DNA of 39,277 nt from Rhodospirillales bacterium (GCA_036011345.1 DASCNF010000157.1:1-39277), one strand, 5' to 3'; positions 1-11,336 are shown, counted from the first letter of the stretch. Made by a program: numbers and translations. The notes: generated by a model not told the origin, from the letters alone.

Positions 1-374
1 GGCGATGCCTTTACATCGGCAAGCCTTCCTGGCGCCCCGAGGGGGCGGGAAAAGCGACCCGGGGGGCGGCCTTTCGAGACCCCCGGCGTCGTTGCGTGGC
101 GCTTGTGATGCGCTAGCATCACGGCGCGCCCCGCGCCTAGCCGGATGAACTCGGAAGGCCGTCGTATATGCCACGAACTTCTGATCCAGGACACCAGTCG
201 GCAAGTATAGCCAAGCGGCCTTTGAGGCGGGAGAAGTTTTATTGCCCGGGGCCCCGCCGGGCGTCCGGAAAGGGCGCGGCGCGCCCAGTTCACGCTCAAA
301 ATATGGGAACACCACTTGTCTACCCATAGCTAATATTGTTAAGTACCGGTCCGCCCAAACAAGCGGAGAAGACG

Positions 375-755
375 ATGTCGGTAGAGTGGACGGCTGAGCG
401 CACGAAAAACCTCGTCGATCTGTGGAACAAGGGGCTGACCACCGCTGAGATCGGCCGCCACCTTGGCGTCACCAAGAATTCGGTGGTCGGCAAGGCGCAC
501 CGCCTCGACCTGCCGAAGCGCCAGTCTCCCATTCCGCCGCCGGCCGAGGGGACGCCGATTGTCAGGCTGGAAGCCTTGAGGGCCGGCATGTGCAGTTGGC
601 CGGAGGGCGAGCCGGGCAAGCCGGACTTCCGCTTCTTCGGTAAAAAGCCGACCATTCCGGGCAAGCCCTATTGCGCCGAACACTGCGCCCGCGCCTACGT
701 CAGAAATTCCAAGGACAAGAAACGCTCGGCGGGCCGCCTGAGCGGTGGGCCTTAG
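375..755 (+). CDS. gcrA: Cell-cycle transcriptional regulator GcrA (short form, 126 aa)
   Basis: Inner ATG at 375 is preceded by GGAGAAG. N-terminus MSVEWTAERTKNLVDLWNKGLTTAEIGRHLGVTKNSVVGKAHRL and C-terminus CSWPEGEP...PYCAEHCARAY match the GcrA N- and C-terminal signatures. The listed ORF 336..755 is an upstream extension. Confidence 0.9.
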   Translation: MSVEWTAERTKNLVDLWNKGLTTAEIGRHLGVTKNSVVGKAHRLDLPKRQSPIPPPAEGTPIVRLEALRAGMCSWPEGEPGKPDFRFFGKKPTIPGKPYCAEHCARAYVRNSKDKKRSAGRLSGGP

Positions 756-801
756 GGCCTCGTCATCCTGGATCAAAACGATCCAAAGCGTGAATCGTCC
801 T

Positions 802-1068
802 CTACGCCGGGTTTTCTTCGTCTTGCGAATCCCTGACCACGCGCATGAGGCGGCCGATGGCAGCGCCGACCTCGGAACTCGGCACACCATCTTTGTACTT
901 GTAGGTCAGGTCCTCGGCGAAGATCTTGCGCGAGCGCTCGCTCATATTGGTATACAGTTTTTCCAGCAGGGCGTGGTTGTTCTCGGCCGCCTTCGCGACG
1001 TCGATCTCGGTATCGCCGAGCCGCAGCCTGTAGGACTGGGGCGCCAGCTTGGTGAGCGATATCTTCAT
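802..1068 (-). CDS. Hypothetical 88-aa protein, family not recognised
   Basis: ORF with non-biased, protein-like composition (MKISLTKLAPQSYRLRLGDTEIDV...). A GGGGGAAAC purine-rich stretch lies just upstream of the ATG. It is convergent with gcrA. No motif recognised. Confidence 0.5.
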   Translation of the reverse strand: MKISLTKLAPQSYRLRLGDTEIDVAKAAENNHALLEKLYTNMSERSRKIFAEDLTYKYKDGVPSSEVGAAIGRLMRVVRDSQDEENPA

Positions 1069-1189
1069 GTTTCCCCCGAGGAATTACCCTAGCGTATACC
1101 GAAAACAAGGCTGGCGTACGGTTGCGCCGATGACAAGTGCGCCGCCGCTTGACCCCACCCCAGTCGATAGAATCTAATATTTGGCGCCC

Positions 1190-2037
1190 ATGAATTTCCT
1201 CGAGCGAATAGCCGAGTGCACGGCCACCGACTTGTCGCGTTACAGGTCTTTCCGGGACGAGGACGCTGAGCTGGGCCTAGTCAGGGACGATTTTGCCGAG
1301 GTCCTGGGCGAGTTTCCAGAGGTCTTCAGGGTGTCCAAGTGGTCGGTCGATCTGGCCGCGCGGCTCGCCGCTCCCGACCAGCGGACCGAGGCCGTCGGTG
1401 CCGTGCTCCGCACCCTCGCTGGGCGCGGCATGATCCCGGGCTGGCGGGACGAACCTTATCCGATCGGCACCTCATTTCGGGACGCCCGCTTACTTCACCA
1501 TGGAGCGTGCCGCCGTGCCCCTGTTCGGGCTGTGCGCCTACGGGGTGCACGTGAACGGCTATGTGCGGGGCGGCGGCGGCATGGAGATGTGGATCGGCCG
1601 ACGCGCCCTCGACAAGCTGACGGCTCCGGGCAAGCTCGACCAGTTGGTGGCCGGCGGCCAGCCGGCCGGGGCGACGCTCAGGGACAACCTGATCAACGAG
1701 TGCGCCGAGGAGGTGAGCCTTTCGCAAGCGCTGGCGGCGCAAAGCGGTGCCGGTAGGCGCCGTAACCTACTGCGCAGAACGCGCCGAGGGGCTGCACCGC
1801 GACGTGCTGTTCAACTACGACCTGGAACTTCCGGCTGACTTCCGGCCCGTCAACGCCGATGGCGAGATCTCGGAATTCTACCTGTGGCCCATCGAGCGCG
1901 TCATGGAGACCGTGCGCGAGTCCGACGCCTTCAAGTTCAACTGCGCCCTCGTGGCCATCTACTCGCTGGTCCGCCACGGCCTAATTTCCCCCGACCACCC
2001 CGACTACATGGAGATATTGCGCGGCCTGCGTGGGTGA
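1190..2037 (+). pseudogene. NUDIX hydrolase (DUF4743-type N-terminus), split over three reading frames
   Basis: Homology continues through three frames. Frame A is MNFLERIAECT...PIGTSFRDA (about 1190-1495). Frame B is MERAAVPLFGLCAYGVHVNGYV...[23 protein letters not shown] (Nudix box, about 1497-1745). Frame C is [11 protein letters not shown]...[14 protein letters not shown] (about 1745-2037). Two frameshifts are needed to join them. Confidence 0.75.
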
Positions 2038-2052
2038 GGTCCCCGCCGATCT

Positions 2053-2919
2053 TCACTCGAACCCGGCGATTTGCCGGACCTCCGCCGGGCTCTTGCCGGC
2101 GTCGCGCAGGGCTTGGATGGTCAGGCTCCGGTGGCGCTTGGCGAGGCGCCGGCCGGCCTCGTCGGCGAGCATCGGGTGGTGGTGGTAGAGCGGCACGTCG
2201 AGCCCCAACAGCGCCTGCAACAAGCGGTGCAGGTGGGTGGCGGCGAAGAGGTCCTCGCCGCGCGTCACCAGGGTGACCCCTTGCAGGTGGTCGTCGAGGG
2301 TGACGGCGAGATGGTAGCTCGTCGGCGTATCCTTGCGGGCCAGCACCACGTCGCCGAACAGGTTGGGCTCGGCGGCGGCGGTCCCGGCCGCGCCGTCGTG
2401 CCATTCGAGGGGGCCGGCCGTTTCAGCCGCCCTTTTGGTGTCGAGCCTGAGGGCGGAAGGCGTGCCGGCGGTCTTCTTCGTGCCGCGTGTTTGGGGCGAC
2501 AACCCGCGGCAGGTGCCGGGATAGAGGGGGCCGTCGGGGCCATGCGGCGCGTGGCTGGCGCGCGCAATCTCGGCGGCCACCTTCTGGCGCGTGCAAAAAC
2601 ACGGGTAGAGCAGGCCCTGCCCGTCGAGCCGCGCCAAGGCGCCTGCGTAGTCGTCCATGTGGTCGGACTGGCGGCGCACCGGCTCCTCCCAGGCGAGCCC
2701 GAGCCAGGCGAGGTCTTGGTAGATGGCTGCCTCGAACTCGGGCCGGCAGCGCCCGGCGTCGATGTCCTCGATGCGCAGAATCAGGTGCCCGCCGCCGGCG
2801 CGTGCCGCCCTCTCGGCGAAAAGCGCGGCATAAGCGTGGCCGACGTGCAAAAGCCCCGTCGGGCTCGGCGCGAAGCGGGTGACGAAGGGGGCGGAAGCAC
2901 CAGGGCGGGACGTGGACAT
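2053..2919 (-). CDS. gluQ: tRNA glutamyl-Q(34) synthetase (GluRS paralogue)
   Basis: 288 aa. Carries FAPSPTGLLHVGHAYAA (HIGH-type motif), RIEDID and the YPCFCTR zinc-site region. About 290 aa with no anticodon-binding domain, typical of GluQRS/YadB. Confidence 0.9.
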   Translation of the reverse strand: MSTSRPGASAPFVTRFAPSPTGLLHVGHAYAALFAERAARAGGGHLILRIEDIDAGRCRPEFEAAIYQDLAWLGLAWEEPVRRQSDHMDDYAGALARLDGQGLLYPCFCTRQKVAAEIARASHAPHGPDGPLYPGTCRGLSPQTRGTKKTAGTPSALRLDTKRAAETAGPLEWHDGAAGTAAAEPNLFGDVVLARKDTPTSYHLAVTLDDHLQGVTLVTRGEDLFAATHLHRLLQALLGLDVPLYHHHPMLADEAGRRLAKRHRSLTIQALRDAGKSPAEVRQIAGFE

Positions 2920-3022
2920 GGGGTGACAATAGCAAGGATTGTGGGCTACCAGTGAATGGACTTGTCTCCGACCTTATTCAGGCAAACAACCCAATCCCTT
3001 CGCGCAAACATCAAGGTGTCTC

Positions 3023-3695
3023 ATGGCCGAGCTTCCCGAACTGAGCGGCCCGAGCGTGGCGCCGGCGTCCGGCGGCAAGGCGGAGCAGGTGGTCATGTTC
3101 GTGCACGGCGTCGGCGCCGACGGCAACGACCTGATCGGGCTGGCCCCCCATTACCGACATGTGCTTCCGGATGCCTTCTTCGTCTCGCCCGACACGCTCT
3201 ATCCATACGACATGGTGCCGATCGGCTGCCAGGGGTTCCTGATCGGCGATTTCACGCGCCGAAAGCCAGCTTGCCGGCGTCGTCGCGGCGGCGCCCATCC
3301 TGGAGGCCTTCATCGACGAAACCCTGGCCGCCCACGGCCTCGGCGCCGACCGCCTGCTGGTCGTCAGCTTTTCCCATGGCACGATGATGTCGCTGCACGT
3401 GGGCCTGCGGCGAGGAGCCCCGGTGGCCGGCGTCATCGGCCATTCCGGCATGCTGGCCGGTCCCCATCTGCTGGACGCCGAGATTCGCTCGCGCCCGCCG
3501 GTGTTGTTGACCCACGGTGAGGCCGACCCGCTGTTGCCCGTGCAATTTCTGCCTCAGGCCGAGGCTGCCCTCGAGGAGGTCGGCGTCTCCGTCGAGGCGC
3601 ACGTCCGGCCCGGCCTTGGCCATGGCATCGACGAGATATGCGTGCATCTTGGGCTCGCTTTCGCGAGGCGCGTATTCGGGGTGGCCGAAGCCTGA
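3023..3695 (+). pseudogene. Phospholipase/carboxylesterase-family alpha/beta hydrolase with one frameshift
   Basis: N-terminal part MAELPELSGP...VVMFVHGVGADGNDLIGLAP...GCQGFLIGDF is in one frame. It continues as SRAESQLAGVVAAAPILEAFIDETLAAHGLGADRLLVVSFSHGTMMSLHVG...THGEADPLLP...GLGHGID in another frame, which only opens at 3243. The frameshift must lie at about 3243-3260. Confidence 0.75.
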
Positions 3696-3776
3696 GAGGC
3701 ATGCGCGACATGGCGGTCATTTGGCAAGCGCCAGCCACATGCTGTAAGCTGCCGCCTCCCGAACGGAGAGGGTTAA

Positions 3777-4340
3777 GTGTCCGTCGCGCTTGAAAATTTC
3801 CCCGCACTGGTGCTCAACGCCGATTTCCGGCCGCTGAGCTACTTCCCGCTCTCCCTGTGGTCGTGGCAGAGCGCGGTGAAGGCGGTGTTCCTGGACCGCG
3901 TCAACGTGGTCTCCGAATACGAGCGCGTGATCCGTTCGCCGAGCTGGGAGGTGCGCGTGCCCAGCGTCATTTCGCTGAAGGCCTACGTGCCCATGAGCCG
4001 GCGCCCGGCCTTCACCCGGTTCAACGTTTTTCTGCGCGACAGCTTCAGTTGCCAGTATTGCGGCGGCGGTTACCCGACAGAGGAGCTCACTTTCGACCAC
4101 GTCGTGCCGCGCTCGCGTGGCGGCAAGACCGTTTGGACCAACGTGGTCACGGCGTGCGAGCCCTGCAACCTGCGCAAGGGACACCGGCTGCCCCGCGAAT
4201 CACGCGTCTATCCGCGGTGCCGGCCGGTGGTGCCGACCAACTACCAGCTGCAGGAGAACGGACGCGCCTTTCCGCCCAACTACCTGCACCAAAGCTGGTG
4301 TGACTTCTTGTACTGGGACTCCGAGCTCGAGGCGAGCTGA
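3777..4340 (+). CDS. HNH endonuclease family protein (stand-alone)
   Basis: 187 aa with a GTG start. Motif CQYCGG...LTFDHVVPRSRGGKTVWTNVVTACEPCNLRKG is the HNH/zinc-finger nuclease motif. Confidence 0.85.
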   Translation: MSVALENFPALVLNADFRPLSYFPLSLWSWQSAVKAVFLDRVNVVSEYERVIRSPSWEVRVPSVISLKAYVPMSRRPAFTRFNVFLRDSFSCQYCGGGYPTEELTFDHVVPRSRGGKTVWTNVVTACEPCNLRKGHRLPRESRVYPRCRPVVPTNYQLQENGRAFPPNYLHQSWCDFLYWDSELEAS

Positions 4341-4382
4341 GGGCCGCCGCGCCGCCGCACTGGCATTTGGCCATGCCGGCAT

Positions 4383-4410
4383 TTGACATGGCGGGGTGCT
4401 GGCGTATACT
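4383..4410 (+). promoter_or_regulatory. Candidate sigma70-type promoter for rpsD
   Basis: TTGACA (4383-4388), a 16-nt spacer, then TATACT (4405-4410). This leaves a leader of roughly 105-110 nt before the rpsD ATG at 4524. Confidence 0.5.
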
Positions 4411-4523
4411 CCGCCGCCCATTTCCGGGAACGCGGGCCGTACCATCCTTGCGCGGCCCCGTCGGCACCAAACTCGGCGCCGGCCTACCGGGACAATAACA
4501 ACCGGCATAACGGGTGGAGAAAC

Positions 4524-5138
4524 ATGAGCAAGCGCATAAAGTCCAAGTACAAGATCAACCGCCGCCTCGGCGTCAATCTGTGGGGCCGCCCCAAAAGCCC
4601 CGTCAATACCCGCGACTACCGCCCCGGCGAGCACGGGCAGAGGCGCCGCAAGCCCTCCGACTTCGGCATGCAGCTACAGGCCAAGCAGAAGCTCAAGGGC
4701 TACTACGGCAACATCACCGAGCGCCAGTTCCGCCGCTACTACGCTGACGCCGTGCGCCGGCGTGGCGACACCATCGAGAACCTCATCGGGCTTCTCGAGC
4801 GGCGCCTCGACGCGGTGGTCTACCGCATGAAGTTCGTGCCCACCGTGTTCTCGGCGCGCCAGTTCGTCAACCACGGCCACGTCAAGGTCAATGGACGCCG
4901 TGTCAACATCCCGTCCTTCCTGGTGCGCGAGGGCGACGTGGTCGAGGTCAAGGAGAAGTCGCGCGAGATGGGGCTGGTGCTGGATGCCGTGGAATCGCCG
5001 GAGCGCGACGTCCCCGAGTATCTCGCCGTCGGCCACTTGAAGATGAAGGGCACCTTCGTGCGCACACCGAAGCTCGCCGACGTGCCCTATCCGGTGCAGA
5101 TGGACCCCAACCTAGTCATCGAGTACTACTCGCGCTGA
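4524..5138 (+). CDS. rpsD: 30S ribosomal protein S4
   Basis: [26 protein letters not shown]...[22 protein letters not shown] (S4 domain). GGTGGAGA lies upstream of the ATG at 4524. The listed ORF 4383..5138 is an upstream extension. Confidence 0.97.
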   Translation: MSKRIKSKYKINRRLGVNLWGRPKSPVNTRDYRPGEHGQRRRKPSDFGMQLQAKQKLKGYYGNITERQFRRYYADAVRRRGDTIENLIGLLERRLDAVVYRMKFVPTVFSARQFVNHGHVKVNGRRVNIPSFLVREGDVVEVKEKSREMGLVLDAVESPERDVPEYLAVGHLKMKGTFVRTPKLADVPYPVQMDPNLVIEYYSR

Positions 5139-5166
5139 GGCGCCTCCGGCGGCGCGTCGTTCAAAG

Positions 5167-5194
5167 CAAAAGGGCCGCGCGGGCGGCCCTTTTC
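5167..5194. terminator. Bidirectional intrinsic terminator between convergent rpsD and grxD
   Basis: Stem GGGCCGC (5172-5178) pairs with GCGGCCC (5183-5189) around loop GCGG. An A-tract lies upstream and TTTT downstream. Confidence 0.6.
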
Positions 5195-5214
5195 AACTTT
5201 GGCGGAAGAACGTG

Positions 5215-5550
<336 letters not shown>

Positions 5551-5575
5551 GTCGTCTCCCTCCTCAGGATGGGCA

Positions 5576-5815
5576 TCAGGCGTTGTCGGGGGTGTTGGTT
5601 TGCAGCGCCAGGGCGTGAAGTTCGCCGCCCATGCGGCCCTGCAAGGCGGCGTACACCATTTGGTGCTGCTGGACGCGGGTCTTGCCGTGGAACGCCGTGG
5701 ACACCACGTGGGCGGCGTAGTGGTCGCCGTCGCCGCGCAGGTCCTCCATGGTCACTTGGGCGTCCGGTATGGCGGCGCGGATGAGGCTTTCGATCTCGCG
5801 CGCGTCCATGGGCAT
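5576..5815 (-). CDS. BolA family protein
   Basis: 79 aa. [30 protein letters not shown]...LHALALQT matches the BolA fold signature. It sits next to a monothiol glutaredoxin, a classic pairing. Confidence 0.9.
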   Translation of the reverse strand: MPMDAREIESLIRAAIPDAQVTMEDLRGDGDHYAAHVVSTAFHGKTRVQQHQMVYAALQGRMGGELHALALQTNTPDNA

Positions 5816-5879
5816 GGGCCAGCTTCCTGAAACAACAGAGTTTCGTCAGGCACCGCCCCACCGGGGACGGCGCCACCGT

Positions 5880-6278
5880 TTAGGTTCGGATATAGGTCGT
5901 CCCCCGCGCTCTGTCAACGCACCAAGGGGGCGCGCCCGGCCGGATGTTGCGCATGATGTCGTCGCGCACCAGGGCCCTGTTGAGGGCTCCGAGGGTGGGG
6001 CCGCGACGCCGCATGACGCCGTCCGCCGCGAGGTTCTGGGTGCGCTGAAAACGCTTGGTGTCCTCGAACATGCACGTATCGGGGAAGGACGTGATGCCGT
6101 GCTCGGGATCCTCGAACAAGCCGAGGCGGCTCAAGGCCGTTTTTATGCTCAAAACGTCACTGCGGCTCGTGGAAAACGCCGATCCGACGAGCTTCTTGAG
6201 GCGCGCTGGTGCGTGGTCATGGCAAGGAATGTTCCCCGTGTAAATATGTTTAATAAAAGGTTTGTATGAAAAAAACAT
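5880..6278 (-). CDS. Peptidoglycan-binding-domain-like protein (start uncertain)
   Basis: DVLSIKTALSRLGLFEDPEHGITSFPDTCMFEDTKRFQRTQNLAADGVMRRRGPTLGALN resembles a PG_binding_1 repeat. The listed ORF 5880..6398 overlaps the purL 3' end. The first internal ATG (6278) lies in an AT-rich tract, and an internal TTG start is also possible. Confidence 0.55.
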   Translation of the reverse strand: MFFSYKPFIKHIYTGNIPCHDHAPARLKKLVGSAFSTSRSDVLSIKTALSRLGLFEDPEHGITSFPDTCMFEDTKRFQRTQNLAADGVMRRRGPTLGALNRALVRDDIMRNIRPGAPPWCVDRARGTTYIRT

Positions 6279-6348
6279 TAGAATCAAGTAAAAAATATTT
6301 TCAGCGTAAGTTTGCGGCACGGCGCGGAGGCGTTTCCGGGCAGCCCCC

Positions 6349-8540
<2,192 letters not shown>

Positions 8541-8544
<4 letters not shown>

Positions 8545-9233
8545 CGGCCCAGCGCTTCGAGCAGGCCGTCGAACATGGCCCGGCCGTCGTTGCCGCCGAG
8601 CGCCGCGTCGGCCATGCGTTCGGGGTGCGGCATCAGGCCCAGCACGTTGCGCCGGTGGTTGAGGATTCCGGCGATGTTGTCGAGGCTGCCGTTGGGGCTG
8701 GCGCCCTCGTCGGTGGCGCCCTCGGCCGTGCAGTAGCGCAACGCCACCCGGTCCTCGGCTTGCAGGCGCTTCAGGGTGTCGGCGTCGGTGAAGTAGTTGC
8801 CGTCGTGGTGAGCGATGGGCAGGCGGATGACCTGGCCCCTGGCGTAGCGCCCGGTAAACACGCTGTCGGTGGCCTCGATGCGCAGGTACACTACCCGGCA
8901 GATGAACCTGAGCCCGGCGTTGGACATAAGCACGCCGGGTAGCAGCCCGGCTTCGGTGAGCACCTGGAAGCCGTTGCAGATGCCCAGCACCGGCACGCCG
9001 GCGGCGGCGCGGCTGGCCACCTCGCGCATCACCGGCGAATGGGCCGCCATGGCGCCCGAGCGCAAGTAATCGCCATAGGCGAAGCCGCCGGGCACCACGA
9101 TGAGGTCGAGTTCGGGGAGATCGGTATCGCCGTGCCACACCATGGCCGGGGTGCGCCCCGTGCTCGCCGCCAGCGCCACCGCGACGTCGCGGTCGCAGTT
9201 GGAGCCGGGAAAGACGATGACGGCGGCTTTCAT
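8541..9233 (-). CDS. purQ: Phosphoribosylformylglycinamidine synthase subunit PurQ (glutaminase)
   Basis: [16 protein letters not shown]...GICNGFQVL...MPHPER is the class I amidotransferase triad context. Start taken at the second Met (9233). Confidence 0.95.
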
Positions 9234-9318
9234 GAGTGAGCGATCAGCCTTCATCTATCAGCGGTCAGCGATCTGCCAAATGGAGGCCGTGCGCCTAGCC
9301 AAGCTGATGGCTGACCGC
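9234..9318. repeat. 85-nt structured, repeat-bearing spacer between purS and purQ
   Basis: A perfect 9-bp inverted repeat, GCGGTCAGC (9261-9269) and GCTGACCGC (9310-9318), is separated by 40 nt. ATCAGC occurs three times (9243, 9257, and inverted at 9303). AGCGATC occurs twice. Confidence 0.5.
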
Positions 9319-9558
9319 TCATTCTATCTCGATCGAATAATCCTCGATAACGGTGTTGGCGAGGAGCTTCTCGCACATGGCCTCGACGCCGGTGCGCGCC
9401 TTGGCGGCGTCCGTCTCGTCGAGCTCGATTTCGATGTACTTGCCCTGGCGCACGCCGCCGACGCCGGAAAAGCCGAGGGAGGCGAGGGCGTTGCCCACCG
9501 CTTTCCCCTGGGGATCGAGGACGCCCGGCTTCAGCGTGACGTGGACTTTAGCTTTCAA
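9319..9558 (-). CDS. purS: Phosphoribosylformylglycinamidine synthase subunit PurS
   Basis: 79 aa from a TTG start: (M)KAKVHVTLKPGVLDPQGKAVGNALASLGF...IEDYSIEIE. The listed ORF 9319..9789 is an extension into purC. Confidence 0.9.
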   Translation of the reverse strand: MKAKVHVTLKPGVLDPQGKAVGNALASLGFSGVGGVRQGKYIEIELDETDAAKARTGVEAMCEKLLANTVIEDYSIEIE

Positions 9559-9572
9559 GCGCCCCGCCGCTC

Positions 9573-10337
9573 CTATTGCATTACGGCCGGGCCCTTCATG
9601 TCCCGGGGGCCGCTCTCGGGCAGGATCCCGAGGCGCCGCGCCACCTCCTGATAGGCCTCCTCGACCTTGCCGAGGTTGCGGCGGAAGCGGTCCTTGTCTA
9701 ATTTTTCGTTGGTCGCCATGTCCCACAGTCGGCAACTGTCGGGGCTGACCTCGTCGGCCAGCACGATGCGCATCTGGTCGTCCTCCCACAGGCGTCCGAA
9801 CTCGATCTTGAAGTCGACGAGACGGATGCTGATGCCGAGGAAGAGGCCGCTAAGATAATCGTTGATCCTAAGCGCCATGGACATCATCTCGTCGAGGTCC
9901 TGGGGCACCGCCCAGCCGAAGGCGGTGATGTGCTCCTCGGTGATCATGGGATCGTTCAACTCGCTGGACTTGTAGTAGTACTCGACGATGGAGCGCGGCA
10001 GCGGTGTGCCCTCGGCGATGCCGAAACGCTCGGCGATGGAGCCCGCCGCGATGTTGCGCACCACCACCTCGACGGGGATGATCTCGACCTCGCGCACCAG
10101 CTGCTCGCGCATGTTGAGACGGCGCACGAAATGGGTGGGCACCCCGATTTCGGCGAGGCGCGTCATCAGGTATTCCGAGATGCGGTTGTTGATGACGCCC
10201 TTGCCGGTGATGACACCCTGCTTTTTGTTGTTGAAGGCGGTGGTATCGTCCTTGAAGTGCTGGACGATCGTTCCCGGCTCGGGGCCTTCAAACAATACCT
10301 TGGCCTTGCCTTCGTATATTTGTCTGCGTCGGGACAT
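9573..10337 (-). CDS. purC: Phosphoribosylaminoimidazole-succinocarboxamide (SAICAR) synthase
   Basis: [39 protein letters not shown]...VDFKIEFGR...[13 protein letters not shown]. Start at the internal Met (10337). Confidence 0.95.
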   Translation of the reverse strand: MSRRRQIYEGKAKVLFEGPEPGTIVQHFKDDTTAFNNKKQGVITGKGVINNRISEYLMTRLAEIGVPTHFVRRLNMREQLVREVEIIPVEVVVRNIAAGSIAERFGIAEGTPLPRSIVEYYYKSSELNDPMITEEHITAFGWAVPQDLDEMMSMALRINDYLSGLFLGISIRLVDFKIEFGRLWEDDQMRIVLADEVSPDSCRLWDMATNEKLDKDRFRRNLGKVEEAYQEVARRLGILPESGPRDMKGPAVMQ

Positions 10338-10440
10338 GGGAACTTTCAAACGATGGGCATGGGGGGCGCGCATCCAAAGGGGGAAGCTCCGTATAGCAGG
10401 TGCGTGGTGGCAAGACAACGGCGGCGGAGACCGCTGCCGC

Positions 10441-11211
10441 CTATGGCAAAACCGCCTCGAAGCCGGCCTCGTCGGGGCGCCCCGGCGCGAACAGCCAAAG
10501 CGGACGTGCGCCCATCCGCGCCGGCGTGGGAAGGGCGATCAGCGACGAAGAAACGGTGCCGAAGCCGGCGTCCGTGAGCACGTTCATGGCGTCGCCGGGC
10601 CCGTCGCCGGAGCCATGCTCGCGGCTCGCTAGGAGCGACTCCCAGGACGCCCAGTCGCCGGCCTCGGGGTCGGGGGTCGGGGCGGCCTCAAACCGCGGTA
10701 GGGTGTCGCGGATGCGCGGATCGGCGGTGTCGTTGCGGCCATGGGCGGTGATCATGGAGAGCCCCTCGGGCAAGGCCATGACTTCGACGCCGGCCTCTTC
10801 CGCCGCCCCCACCTCGCCGCCGGCCGAGCGCAGCCAGAAGGCGTCGCATTGGTCGGCGACGACCATGTTGAAGGTGCGGTAGGCGGCGGGGTCGATGTCG
10901 GTTAGCGCCTGGGCGGCGGCGTCGGCGTCGGCATGGTCCAGGGCCTCGAGGGGCAGCTCGCCGCGGCTGCGGTAGCCGGCCGCCGGGCCCAGCGACTGCG
11001 GCCGGTTGAGGACGGCGGCGACGAGGCCGTCGTCGTTGAGGCCGAGCCAGGTGCCCGACGCCTCGAGGTCGATCCCCGCCACAACATGGTAGCGCTCCGG
11101 CCAGTGGCGAGCCGGCGGCGCCCACGCTCGGTCGCGCATCTCGTCGCGGTTGGCCGCCAACAAGAGCGGCCAATCATGGCCGGGCCGGCGCAGAATCACC
11201 ACCGTGCACAT
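10441..11211 (-). CDS. NRDE family protein (TANGO2/DUF833-like)
   Basis: [24 protein letters not shown] carries the N-terminal Cys plus the NRDE motif. Confidence 0.85.
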   Translation of the reverse strand: MCTVVILRRPGHDWPLLLAANRDEMRDRAWAPPARHWPERYHVVAGIDLEASGTWLGLNDDGLVAAVLNRPQSLGPAAGYRSRGELPLEALDHADADAAAQALTDIDPAAYRTFNMVVADQCDAFWLRSAGGEVGAAEEAGVEVMALPEGLSMITAHGRNDTADPRIRDTLPRFEAAPTPDPEAGDWASWESLLASREHGSGDGPGDAMNVLTDAGFGTVSSSLIALPTPARMGARPLWLFAPGRPDEAGFEAVLP

Positions 11212-11336
11212 GGGGCTTTTCTTAGTCGCTTTGTCCCGGTGGCGCTAGTGCTGGGCCTATTGCAGCGCGCCATTGCTCTGTGGTGCGGTGCCCCTTAAAA
11301 TTGCCGAGAAGCAGGGATACCAGGGGAACGCAACCT

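Noticed and set aside
245-300. GTCCGGAAAGGGCG resembles the conserved SRP (4.5S) RNA loop region.
   Set aside because: Only a few nucleotides match the GGUCCGGAAGGAAGCAGCC core, and the flanks cannot form the long SRP helix.
792-1174. Three GAATC (GANTC, CcrM-type methylation) sites lie near gcrA, at 792, 827 and 1170.
   Set aside because: GANTC sites also occur elsewhere in the window (for example 6281 and about 6380). Without a count against expectation I cannot claim enrichment.
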